Position numbers and translations under genes: made by a program. The notes under the pieces were generated by a model. That model searched no databases. It had not been told where the DNA came from and saw only the letters and a list, made by a program, of their open reading frames with translations. A stretch of 64,000 nt of DNA, from assembly GCA_001938485.1 (NCBI GenBank), contig MQRK01227526.1, positions 1 to 64,000 of the forward strand. Reading direction: 5' to 3'. Source of the DNA: Girardia tigrina (taxonomy: Eukaryota). Shown piece by piece: positions 37,444 through 50,060 of this stretch. Each line of letters begins with the position of its first letter. The first letter of the stretch is position 1.

Positions 37444-39859
37444 CAGAAATACAAAACAGAGTCAAAGGAACTGATTAAAAATCTGTTTCTAGAGTTCAGT
37501 CAACCGACAATCAAATTAAGTATGATGCATCTAATATCTGCTTTAAATGAATCACATATCCAAATGTTTCATGTCCGCAATGCCTGCAGAGGCTGACTTA
37601 CTTCCGGGCAAATAACTGTTCAATTCCGGTCAGTAGACATAATTTTTTATTGAAATGATTTTTCGATTTTGAATTCAATTCTTGTCTTCAGTTATAATTT
37701 TGCTAATTTATATGTTTTGATACAGTTCATATTTTCAGAAAACCATTAAAAGTTAAAAGATTTTCAGTCGAACTGGTTGAATTTAACTGCCGACCAGCAA
37801 ATGAGGATCAATATTTTTAAAGACGTTTTAACAATAGCTATAAAAACCTTAGAAGTACGAAAACATTAATGAAATTGAACAAATGTATCCTTATTTTTTT
37901 AATTACACTTTAGAGTTTCTCAACAAGGAATAAAACTAAATACCTTTTCCTTAATTTTTACCATTAAGATGATAATGTTTTAAGATAAAAATGTTTTGAA
38001 ACGAAAGATCGTCTTGAGATCGAAAATATTCTATTTAAGTATAAAATAATGTTTTTCATTTTATATAACTTTAAAGGTTATTTATCAATGAAATATCTCT
38101 TTTCCGTCCTCAATTCGTAACTTCAAATAAAATTGTCAGACTAAAAAGACTACAAACAAAATGGAATGGTAAACCTTTAAATAATTTTAAATATTTAAAA
38201 AAATAACAACAGAAAATCATCTTTTACATTACAAATTCCATTTTTCTTTGGAAGAAACAATAACTTTTGTGTAAAAAATGGAAAATATTACCGCGCTTAT
38301 ATTAACTCCCTCTGTTTATTTGTTTGTATACTCGAGTATTTGCTATAAATCTTGCAAACAATTTTTGACTGACTTCCTGATTGAACTGAAACTCCGCTCA
38401 GTTGAGTAATCAAGATGACCACAGGAATCAATTAAAAGATTTACTTACTAAATGATCTTAGACCAGTCTTTCTTGTAAATTTGAATTTTGACTTTACTGC
38501 AAAAAAATTTTTTTATAAAAAATTTCTTTGACTTTATTGACTTATAAACACATGAGATCGGCTTATTAATTCATTAAAAGTTCATTTTTAGGCTTTTCAG
38601 ATTTTTTAATATTGACTCTATTAGTGGTTCTTGGAACATCGTCGGAATTATTAGTAGCAGACATTAAAAATTTTATTATACCTCAAAAATGTTTAAATAT
38701 TTAAACAAATTTATTATTTTTTTTGAGAAACAATTTGTTTTATAAATCTTAAACCGATATAGATAAAAAATACTTATAAATATTCATTTTTTCCTTGCTT
38801 CTATAAATCAATTTTAAATTACGATAACACTTTAAAATTTTTAATCGTTTCATTTAATTTTATTACTTTTTTAAAATCGTTTCACATTAAAATTTTACAC
38901 TTTTTTTTATTTTTTATATTATATTAAAACTCTCAAAAAAATTTTAATTAGCAATTTAATTGATCTTCTTAATTTTAGTAATTTTATTTTTTTCAAACGT
39001 TACATATTTTATTATATAAAAATTTTAATTTGTACATATTTAATATAACCTTCTTTCAAAAATTTTCCTAACATTTTTAATTCCTAACAGATTCTATGGC
39101 AAAAAATTGCCCTAATGATTACTGAGTCATTCGTTTGCATAAAAGCAATTTCGGCAATTACCCTTTATTTTGATTATAAATTAATTAGAAAAAAAATTAA
39201 TTCCAATTGAATTTTGGAATTTCTTATAAATTTTAGTTGATTTGGTTATATTTTTGTCATGACGAATTTTCCAATAAATTATTGATTGTCAAGACTTGGT
39301 GTATGAAGGATCTTCTGTTAATCATCTCAGAGATGACTCTAATTTCAATCATAATAAATGTTTTAATAATAATTGTGGGACGGTTAAGTATCACTCTCCT
39401 CCTTCGTCTCTCCTTAGCGTTTCTCTTCCAATATTTAACATAAAATGTCAAAATCTGATTATAAATAAAAAAAACTTAAAAAAAATATAAAATGACAAAT
39501 ATTAATTTAAAATGACAAAATCTATAAAGAGAAAAAAGTTTAATATTAAATAAAATTAATAATATTAAAGATTATTTATTAGTGAAGAACTACAAAAATG
39601 AAAGCGAAACACATATCAACATGCTGATGAAAACCTTTCGACAATTGTCCAAAGTTTTGAAAGACGAGAAATTTCGGAATATTTACGGAGATCGGCTCAT
39701 AATTTTGTTATGGAATAAATTTTATTATTAGTATTCTTCAATTAATGATAAAATGTTTTAAACAGTTTCCATTTTTTATTTAACAAAATAATATAATTCA
39801 AGTGCTTTTATTCATTTAATTATGATGTATAAAAATTGAATAATATATATACCGGGAGG

Positions 39860-40370
39860 AGAAACTATCTGCTCCCCCTAGTGAAACTAATTATCAGAGG
39901 ATCAGAGATATTCGACGGATCAGAAACAAAATTGAAAGAATTCCTAAAAGGCTTTGACAGATACGGGAAGATTATGGGATTCAAGGAAGAAAGAAGTCAA
40001 TATTTGTTACAGCAATAATTGAGTTTGCGTCGATTTTTGTTAGTTGAATAAGATCACGGTTATACCTGGATGCTCAATGCCAAATATTCAAGAGAAAAAT
40101 ACTTCTATACAATTGATTTTGGAAGAACATATCATCAAGTGGAGTTGGAGAACGAATCAAAAAAGAAAACAGTATTTTCAACAAAGAACGGTCAATATTA
40201 TTTCAAAACAATCCCATTTAGAATTACGGCCACACGGGCGATGGTACAAGATCTGATGGTAAAGGTGTTGAGAGGCTTAAACTGGACCGAGGTGTATTTT
40301 GACAATAGTCATATTTTTTCAAAAGATAAAGAAAATCTCAGACGAGTCAAACACATTTCTTAGAAGATAA
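39860..40370 (+). mobile_element. Degenerate Gypsy gag/RT fragment
   Basis: EIFDGSETKLKEFL; YFYTIDFGRTYHQVEL...KTVFSTKNGQY...VYFDN. Confidence 0.75.
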
Positions 40371-41527
40371 ATTACCCAAATTTTTGACTCTGAATCAATC
40401 AAATTGTTGATAATTGAGATATGTTAACAGTCGAAATTCAGTAATTGCCATAGTTCCACCGATTTTAAAACACCATTTCAAATCAGATATTAATCAGTAA
40501 ATTATACCGTAGAATTCCGTTGCTGGAAAATCTCATGATCTTTGCGATCTCTATATTTTTCCACCTTCAAATCAATGAAAATATGAGGGTGGATATAAAA
40601 AAAGTTTTTTTATAGTGTATTTGTTTTAAGAGCAGATTTAGGGGGTAAGCCTGTGGGGTAGTTATTTTAATAATTTTATAGGACTCCGATTAAAGTATTT
40701 ACTATCAAAGTACATATAAAACGTTTAGTAAAATATTGATTTTTATTAAAAGATAGCAAACTACTTTTTTGCTACACCGTATATAAGGAAATATACCTTG
40801 ATGTAAAATTACATTTAATTTCTTACAACTTTTTGATAAAAGTTTTTTTCTATTAACTTTAGTTTTCAGAATATTTAGCCGTCCACATACTTTTGGATCA
40901 TCCTGTATAAAATTGGATATTTCTAAACAACGTTTATGAAGTACTTTCTAAAAGTAAAATAAATTATAGCAGCACCATTTCAAAAAAATATATTTTTGGC
41001 CATAACATTTTTCTACCTTATATATTTCTACATAAAGGTTTGGTACCGTCCTTCATATATTAATAAGATTTTTTTGAGACATTAATAATAAATTCAGAAT
41101 TATTTTTTTTGACAAAAGACTGAAATAAAATAATTTTATTTATACACCTTTGACAAACTCTGTCTTCTAGAATTCCGAGAGCCTTAAATTCTTTTTTTTA
41201 TTTATTTTTTTATTTGCCTTTTTTATTTAAAAATTAAATTATTTAATATAAATGTTTTTCAAAATGCAAATCGAAATCTCGCTTTAATAAACAAATAATT
41301 TAATAATTACTTTTAGAAATTATTTTAAAAATAAATTTGTGATATATGTATACAAAAACTTTAGTTGAGAGTCGCTGACACATTCGTGAATCAATTCGTT
41401 CAGTATTCGCCGAGACGAACGATTATTATATTATATTATATTTATGACTAAGAACGATCTGTTTATCTGTTTATATAATTACTATCATAAATTAATAAAT
41501 TATGTTTATTGATTGATTTTGGAAAAT

Positions 41528-44500
41528 ATGAAACATCGGAGGACCCTCACTTTATTCGGTACTTGTTTTATGTGTTATTTAGTTGAATTTGTTTTTAGTG
41601 ATTGTGGACATTTTTGCGCTGTACCTCTGCAATTACATTCATCAACAACTCGAAGGGAGACTCAAAGAAGCAGAAATAAGATTGTCCATCTTCATCCGAG
41701 AACTCTCAGGAATTGTTTTCTTTGCTCGAGATTCGGAGGAGATTCTGTTGATCAAATTTGAGAGAATATCGAATGATGAATCAAATATTATTTTACAGAA
41801 TAATCATTTCAGTCTCAAACAAAACACGAAATATTTGTGTAAAATCGATTATCTTTTAATATAAATAATATTTATAATTATTCAGGCGGGTGCGAATATT
41901 GTTTGGGGAAACATTTGTTATTTATTATTCGAATGAGAGAAGACGAATTTTTAATAAAATGTAATAATAAATCGAATAATTTTACATTACTTGAACAATC
42001 CACGTAATTTTATTTTATATTTATTTATAATGATTCTCTATTATTAAATATTACTCATGATTCAATTTATTTTAGTAATTTGACATTCGATAAATTCCGG
42101 GGGCTCCCTGTGCCCTCTGCGAATGACCCCGACACGACTCATATTTGGATGGGCAATGTTGGTCCATTTATCGGATTCAATAATGTCACATATTTGCCCT
42201 CCAAAGATCAGTTGATCGGATGTATCGAATATTTCTATTTCAATAGTCGATCAATCAATATCAAATACGATCACAAATATTTGAACTCGTCTTGTAACGG
42301 AAATTTGATCAACGAAACTATTTGCAATCGCGGAAAATGTTCCATTAAATCAATACTGAAAGATACTTTCGATTGTTCTGGGACAATAAAGGATAATAAA
42401 TATTGTATGAAAGGTAAAATTATTTATTTATTTTTTTTAAACTTTCAAATTAAAAAAAAATAATGAATTATTTTGGCGAAATGCAAATTTAGATTAACCC
42501 CTCATAATAAATAAATGTCTTCACTGGCCAAAAATTCATTTTGAAAGGGTTAAAATATCATTTATTGATTTAAATGTTTACATTAATATTTATTTAAGTT
42601 AACAGTTTCTTTTAACTAAAAGATCCTTTTTTGTATTTTGTTCTTTTTATTACTCATATTTCTTTTCATATTTCGCGTATCAGTATAAAAATTTTTATAC
42701 ACGCATTTGTACAAGAAAAGAAAATGGTAACAAAATAAAATTATATTTCTGAATTACTGTGCAACAGATTCAATTCCTTGTTGCTCTGCACAATTCTGCC
42801 AACCACAGGAGTTCATCAAATGCATTTTCAAAGAAATTTAGAGGCAGTCCATCCATTATATTCTTGCTTTCTTTTTCAGTTCTATTACAATAGTGAAATA
42901 GCGACTTCTTAAACTCTTCTTGAAGGTGGTAAAAAGTTCAAAATCTCTCGGAGCCCAATTCGGGCTGTACGTTTGATGCTGCAACAGTTCGAAGCAACAT
43001 TCTTTCATTTGTGCTATTTAGACGTGGAAGGTTCAAAATTGTATTTTTTTTAATTACTTTGTAGATTTTAAATCTGGCTGAGTATCTCAGACTAAGATGA
43101 ACTATTTACTGTTCTCCCTAGGGTTTCTGGATACTGTTTAACAGTAACAGTAAAACAGCTGTTTTTTCGTCAAAACATCAAAAACAGCAAACAGCTGTTT
43201 TTTCATCACTGTTTTTTTACTGTTTTTCAGTAAAGTTTTCCCTTTAAAGTTTTACCTTTGAAACTTCTACCTGTAAAACTTTTACTGTAAACAATTTTTG
43301 GAGATTTTATTAACAAAAACATATAAAAAATGTATAAAAAGCGTTTAACCAAAAAAACTTCAGTATCCCCCATCTGCGGGACAATTAATTTCTAACGGCC
43401 AAATTTTAAAACGTATTTTCACATAATGTGAAACAGAAGCCATTGCTAATAGAAAATTAATCATTTAAAACAATTAAAAACAAATTAAAATCGTTGATTT
43501 ACTTAACGAAAATAATTAAATCAGTAAAAATATTTATTTCAATAAAAGTTGCAATGTTTTTTTTTATAATGTGAATCACATTATAAAAAAAAACATTGCA
43601 ACTTTTACTGAAATAAATATTTTTACTGATTTAATTATTTTCGTTAAGTAAATCAACGATTTTAATTTGTTTTTAATTGTTTTAAATGATTAATTTTCTA
43701 TTAGTAATGGCTTCTGTTTGGGAATTTGCCACAAAACGACGAAATCCGCACACAAAAGAGCTTGAAGGTCAATGCAATCGGTACAATAGCATAATTAAGT
43801 GCTCTGGCAATTCAACGACAACTTTAAAGAGACATCTACAGCAGCATGGCATCAAGTTTGATCAGGCTGGGGAACCAAGCACATCCAAGGATGGAATTCA
43901 GACCGAAAAGAGACAAAAAACTGTTGCTGACTTTTTTGAACGAGAATCTCTCAAGGAAATTGTGTCAGACATGGCAACGGATGGAGTAACTATTCGAGCA
44001 ATAACAAGAAATAAGTTCATTAGAAAATCCATAACACACGATGGTCATAAATTGCCTGCGAATGAAACTGATGTCATGAAACTATTGCACGATAATTTTG
44101 AAGAAAAACAGAAGAAAATGGTTGATGAGATTCAAGCGAAGGTTGCGAAAGGTATCAAGTTCAGCATGACCGTCGANNNNNNNNNNNNNNNNNNNNNNNN
44201 NNNNNNNNNNNNNNNNNNNNNNNNNNNNNNNNNNNNNNNNNNNNNNNNNNNNNNNNNNNNNNNNNNNNNNNNNNNNNNNNNNNNNNNNNNNNNNNNNNNN
44301 NNNNNNNNNNNNNNNNNNNNNNNNTCGTTTGGCATTTCAATGGAAAAAGATTTGGTTGGATCCACACAGGATGGAGCTGCAGTTAATAAAAGATTTATCA
44401 GCCTCATTGATGCTATCTGTCAGTTCTGTCTCAATCACGGTTTACATCTTGGAGTATGTGAAACTTTGTACAAAAAGAAATCTGAAATTGAAGAACCAAT

Positions 44501-47304
44501 CATCATTGATGAAGATCCAAATGAGGAAGATAATTTTGATGAACCAACCGATTTTAAATTAATCAATGAAAACCATAATGAGATCGATTATCATGAAATA
44601 CTCAAAAAGTCTCGCAAGATTGTCAAATTCTTCAAACATTCACCTGTTCGAAATCATGTGCTTCAAACAAAAATCAAACAAATTCACTCTCGAGAAATTG
44701 AAATGCATCTGGTTGTGAAAACACACTGGAATTCAATCCCAACCATGCTTGAACCGTTAATTAAAACCGAAGCATCAATTCGTGAGACTCTTCAGGATTT
44801 CAAAGCACTCGATCTGATTGAAAACTTTGATTTTGGCGCTATGAAATCATTGTTAGCAGCAATGGAGCCAGTTAAGCTAGCAGTAGAGAATCTTAGCAGA
44901 GAGGATTCAACTTTAATGAGTGCGGATACAATTTTAAATTTTATGTTCACAAAACTATCGAACATTAAAAATGAAATTGCAGAGAAATTACTGGAAAATC
45001 TAAAGCATCGAGTTGGTGAAAGACTCAATCCCGACCTAATGAATCTCTTACACAGTCTGAAAGATCCATCGATTGTGTCTTCGAGAAACACGATTAATTT
45101 TGCAGGCAGTCTTGCAAAACGACTATTTGAAGTTGCTGACGAAGATACTGGCGATCAATTACCTCATGACGAAATATCTGAAAATTTATCAATGCAGGAG
45201 GAACTAAATGCTTTGCTTCAAAAAGGTGAAACTACAGTCACGCCAGCTAATGATGCTTTCAAGTGGCTAAAGTCGGAATTTACACTTTTCAAGAACACTG
45301 GACAGCGAACTGAAAACCTACAAAAACTCTTTAATGCTATTTTGACCATCAAACCCACTTCCACGGACATAGAACGCGTTTTTTCTGTCACCTCAAGTTT
45401 TTGCACAAAAATTCGATCTCGCAGATCAGATAAATCACTGCAAGCATTGGTCTTTTTGAAATATTATTATAATAAATCAAATAAATAATTAAAAGGCTTT
45501 AATTTCATATTAAAAAGTTTTTTTCCTTGCATTTAATTTGATAAAATTCAAAAAACAGTAAAACAGCTGTTAACAGCTGTTTTTTTAAAAATCAGAAACA
45601 GTTAAACAGCTGTTTTTTGAAAACCACTGTTTTTCGGAAACCCTAAACTTGAGTATCCCCAAGAACGAATAGTATTTTAATAGTAATTTTAATTTTAATA
45701 ATTTTTTTTTAAATTTTGTAGTAATCCGTAACTGTTTTAATATTCATACTTGATCACACTCAAAATATCTCATCAGACCAAAAAAAATTTCTTAAGGTTA
45801 AAGGTGGTCAAAATGGTGAAACCTAATGAAAAGCACTGTTTTGTATTTATATTTTAAAAATGATTAATAATTCGTTTCCTATGCCGATTCTTTATAGAAC
45901 CTGGTCCTACTAGCTGATTCCACGTAATTATATAAAACTCAAACTTCTCTCGAAGGCCTCTCATAAACCTTTAAAATTCCCATTTTTCCATTAATCATGG
46001 ACAGCCGATGTTCTACTATAATTCCTTAAAGGTGTTTTGCTGTTCTGATTCAAACAATGATAAAATCGTGTTCAATGTTTTGTAGTTTTATTGATTTTGA
46101 TTTATCCTTATAACGCTTATTACCGTTTTTAGATTATTTGAATGTGAAAAGCATTTGCAGAAATTCTAGATTTAGCCGTAAGTTTCATGAAAGTTTTCTA
46201 TAGATTCTTTATCATACAAAACATACTTTGAAACTGAATCTCTTCAATCTTGAGTTTTGATATCTTTAGTATTTTAAAGTATGAACAGAGCTTCAAAATA
46301 ATACAAAGATGGACGAACTTTCTCGACAACTACCGTACGAAAAATTATTTTAAAAGACAAAAAGGAAATTTATTTTTCCTATATCTAACACTTTTATAAT
46401 AATTATTCTTCAAATTATGTTTGTCCAGAGTCTTCAGTTGGACCTCGACCCTTTCTAACCTCAGTGTCAAAGAGAATCATTAAAAAGATGATATTATACT
46501 AGAGAGATTTATATTTATTTTTGGACTTTATCTGTTTTTAATAGTTATTTTTGAAATATATATTTATGAAAAATAAATATAATTATTTATCCCTTTCTAA
46601 ATAATTTAAAAACTTTTAATTTTTAAGGAATAAAAGGGTCAAATATAATAATGTAAAAGAGAAAATTATTTGATTTATTTCGATATTCACAACGATTTTT
46701 TTTTGGGATTTTTTATATTTTTGGTTAAAATTATTTAACATAATTTGAGAATATAAATATATTATTAGAATTATCTCTGTACCGTGGAAATAAATATTCA
46801 TATGAGAGACGGAGGGACAATAAATATAATAATGAACATTACACAAATACATCAATTACAGCAACACTCTTTTGGAAACAAATATTTCCCATTAATTATT
46901 GTTTGATGGAAATAAAAATGAGGTATGAAATTATAACACTGATAAATTTGTCTTTGTTAATTGTACAAATGTATTTAGAGATGGATCTGTGCTGTTAATA
47001 TCGATCAATCGCAATAATTATATGATCAAACAAATTATGAATCACAATTCAAATGATCCACAAACACAAAAATTGAGTAAAATATCGATAAATAATATCA
47101 ATATGTTATATATCAATATGAATTATCGAGATTTAATGTTGAGAGTGAATATTTATTTGTATTATTTCTGAGTTAATTTGTAACAGATCAAAAGTGGTGA
47201 TCAGATCAACACATTCATTGATGAGCCGATAAATGAACCAATATCGATCAATATCGGTAGATCAGATCAGAGAAATACTTGTAAAACATTTGAAGGAGCA
47301 ATTG
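41528..47304 (+). CDS. Neurexin/CASPR-like LamG-EGF-LamG protein; exons 41528-41558, 41599-41838, 41886-42003, 42076-42413, 46769-46922, 46979-47144, 47187-47304; continues at 47351
   Basis: All junctions are GT-AG with consistent phases (~388 codons); N-terminal hydrophobic signal-like MKHRRTLTLFVIVDIFALYLC; LamG motifs SGIVFFA, LIGCIEYFYFN, FEGAI; EGF-like CNRGKC...DCSGT...YC. 3' end unresolved. Confidence 0.75.
42750..43110 (-). mobile_element. mariner transposase remnant in intron 4
   Basis: HQTYSPNWAPRDFELF is a decayed HPPYSPDLAPSDF motif. Confidence 0.6.
43119..45645 (+). mobile_element. hAT transposon in intron 4 of the LamG gene
   Basis: TIRs TAGGGTTTCTG and CGGAAACCCTA; many AACAGCTGTT subterminal palindromes; no matching 8-bp TSD. 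Confidence 0.9.
43707..45488 (+). CDS. hAT transposase (BED finger, DDE core, dimerisation domain); N gap inside
   Basis: SVWEF...QCNR...TTTLKRHL, DGAAVN, CLNHGLHL, THWNS, PTSTDIERVFS. Confidence 0.88.
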   Translation: MASVWEFATKRRNPHTKELEGQCNRYNSIIKCSGNSTTTLKRHLQQHGIKFDQAGEPSTSKDGIQTEKRQKTVADFFERESLKEIVSDMATDGVTIRAITRNKFIRKSITHDGHKLPANETDVMKLLHDNFEEKQKKMVDEIQAKVAKGIKFSMTVXXXXXXXXXXXXXXXXXXXXXXXXXXXXXXXXXXXXXXXXXXXXXXXXXXSFGISMEKDLVGSTQDGAAVNKRFISLIDAICQFCLNHGLHLGVCETLYKKKSEIEEPIIIDEDPNEEDNFDEPTDFKLINENHNEIDYHEILKKSRKIVKFFKHSPVRNHVLQTKIKQIHSREIEMHLVVKTHWNSIPTMLEPLIKTEASIRETLQDFKALDLIENFDFGAMKSLLAAMEPVKLAVENLSREDSTLMSADTILNFMFTKLSNIKNEIAEKLLENLKHRVGERLNPDLMNLLHSLKDPSIVSSRNTINFAGSLAKRLFEVADEDTGDQLPHDEISENLSMQEELNALLQKGETTVTPANDAFKWLKSEFTLFKNTGQRTENLQKLFNAILTIKPTSTDIERVFSVTSSFCTKIRSRRSDKSLQALVFLKYYYNKSNK

Positions 47305-48191
47305 GTAGTTATAATGTGTAACTGAAAATGGTACTTATTATATATCTCAGATTTCCAATCGACTCAACTCATCATTAAACAAAATAATTCTGCTGCTCGA
47401 CCACCACCTAAACCCTTCAGTCAGGCAGTTAATATCGTATTAGATTTTGATTTAGTACTGTATGAATTTATAACATTAATGCTTATTTTTGGTTTCAAAG
47501 TATCTTATTTGGGTCTTACAAAAATTCCAAAATGTTCTTTGTCAAAATAAGTAATATTTAGGTGGCGCTGATTTATCACCTTCAACATTTCTCAACAGAC
47601 CTTACTGATCTGCGTGGAATGTCTTACCCTATGGCCACAATGTCGTTCGCGTTGTCCGATAATTCTATTTCTTACAATTTAAACCTGTTTTTAACAACCT
47701 AAACCTCTTTCAAGATAAATGGAGAGTAAACTATTGAATTACATAAAAATTGTGCGTTAATGGGTTAAAAGTAATTGTAAAATTCAAGTAGTGCTATTAA
47801 GAACATTTAGACAAGTCTCATTTTAATTTTTATTACAATCACATTTAGAGTCATTATGACTCTCAGAAAGTCTTTCATCGTTTACCATCCTTCTAATTTG
47901 TTTTATTATTTCTATTTTTAATCATGATTATTCGAACAATTTTTCTAAGTTATTTTTTAAAATATTTAACCTCTAAAAAATATTAATTAAAAAATAATAA
48001 TTTTTACCATTTTTCAATAAATCCCAAAATAATAAAAAATGCCATCGAATTATTAAAAATGCATTTAATTTAAATTTTACTAAACAAATATTAAACTTAA
48101 TTTTAATTGTGAAATTAATAATATGAACTTATAAAATGATTATTTTAATTATGTTCGAATAGTCAATCACTTTAAATTTAAAAAAAACCAA

Positions 48192-48296
48192 TTTCCATCT
48201 GGGTGGGAGAATCACCATTCTAAGTTCAACATAATTAAATCAACATACAGTATCCATACATTTACACATTCAAACAATTTAAAATATTCCTCACAG
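48192..48296 (-). repeat. LTR-like repeat starting TGTGAGG, also at 55018-55091
   Basis: Shared TTTCCATCYGGGTGGGAGAA...TTTAAAATATTCCTCACAGG. Confidence 0.55.
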
Positions 48297-48839
48297 GTAC
48301 ATTTATATAATTATTTATAAAACAATACATATCACTATTTATGATGATATAACTAAAAAAGTATAAAGACGATACCAAGAAATTGTAAACTTTTTTAAAC
48401 TTTTGAACAAACTAAACTATTTACAAAATTTTTGAGAAGCAAATAAAATACTTATTGTTTCTTAAGAGAAAAAAGGTTCCATTTTATCCTCAATACTCAT
48501 GATCAAATCTGACTTTAATAATTAAATTCTCATTTGTTAATATATACTTGTTATATCATTTATTTCTATTTCTATTTCTAAAGAGATCCCCTAATTGAAA
48601 CCAATAAATTAATCTCCTCAATAATAATTGATTTATTTGTGAGGCATATGTTGAATGATGTCGTGTGTTGTATTTTGGTATTATATATACCAAAAAATAA
48701 GGTCAATTGATATTATTGAGTGTTTTATTACTCGCATTATTCGAACAGAATTAAAAAATTAAAATCTTCATTTATTATTATTTTTTAAAATCAACTGAAA
48801 TATAAATATTTGAGAAGTGTTTTTTTTGTGACATTAAAT

Positions 48840-50060
48840 TTAAAACTTTGAAAACAAAAAAAATTTTTTCTGGTGTTTAAGATATCGTAGGTGATTTTGT
48901 ATGAATTTCATGTGCTGAATTCGAAAATAACATCAAAACTTTCGCATCAGATCTAGCTTTCTTGCTACGCTTACCATACCTCGGTAAAGATATTCCAAAG
49001 GTTAAAACATAATAATTTGACATGATTGTGACACATCTCTTGTTTAATATGTTCTTGTGAAAATGTTTCAACAATAAATTGATTACAAAATGAAACAATC
49101 AATCGGCAGGTAAAAATTGTCGCCTTTTGGCTTTTCTATCTGATGAAAATTCGGACAATCAAGTTTCATCAGCAAACAGTATCCGCCATCATTTTTACGT
49201 CCCATCTTCATTTATTTCTAAAATACAATTTGATTAAAAGAACAGTAATTGTCACTTGAAATTAAATTTTATTAAGAATTCGTCCCTAATTTTTTTCAAT
49301 GATTTTAATATCTTGATGGAAACGTTCACCTTGATAATCACTAACATGATAGAAAGTGTATTTTGATGCTCATGTTTGCTTTTATTTCTTTAACACTCGT
49401 TAGCCTGTTGTTGACATTTGTTTCGTAATTGTCGGATTTTTGGTTGCCGAAAAAATTTTCCACAACAGATACAAAACATAGCCAGACAGTCGCTCCAACT
49501 TCAGTTATTTATTTGACAAAATTAGGGTCGGTAATAAGTTTTCTTATTTGAGGGCCATCAAAAATGCCTGTTTTGAGTTTCTCTGTACTTAGTCCAGGAA
49601 GATATTTACATATGTATTGAAAGCTAGCACCATCCTTATTTCATTCCTTTACATACTGTTTCATAAACCCCTGCTTAAGGTGAAGTGGTGGAAAAATTAT
49701 TTTATCTTTATCAACTAATGGTTCTACTACAATATTATGAGACAATCGGGTTATTACTTCTCTCAAAGGCCAATCTTTTTTATCCAGTGTTGTTGGTTGG
49801 CTCGACTATCCCATAAGCAGAAAAAACATGGGTATTTTGTGTAACCGGATTATTGAACAAGTAGAAAATTTACCATTTTGAGATCAACGCAAATCATCCA
49901 CTGATATGGGGAATATTTTATCTTCTGAATCACAAATTTCTGAAGCACGTTTTATAAAACTTGTTACACGATTTCTTTTCTCTTTTAAAGGAAATCGGCC
50001 ACAGATGTAACAGAACACGTCAAGATCATTCAAACCACTTCATCTTGATGAGGCCATAGA
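48840..50060 (-). mobile_element. Chapaev3-like (CMC) transposase remnant
   Basis: MASSR...DVFCYICG; PPLHLKQGFMKQYVK; KLKTGIFDGPQIRKL; QGERFHQDIK. Confidence 0.75.

Noticed and set aside
37192-37596. Plus-strand RT-like ORF as a separate gene
   Set aside because: It is the mirror product of the fold-back palindrome.
43135-43230. CRISPR-like short repeats
   Set aside because: They are irregular AACAGCTGTT subterminal hAT repeats without spacers; the DNA is eukaryotic and has no cas genes.
43111-45653. 8-bp TSD for the hAT element
   Set aside because: The flanks GTTCTCCC and AACTTGAG do not match.
47644-47654. GTTCGCGTTGT as a fifth terminus copy
   Set aside because: The match is only 11 nt and does not extend.
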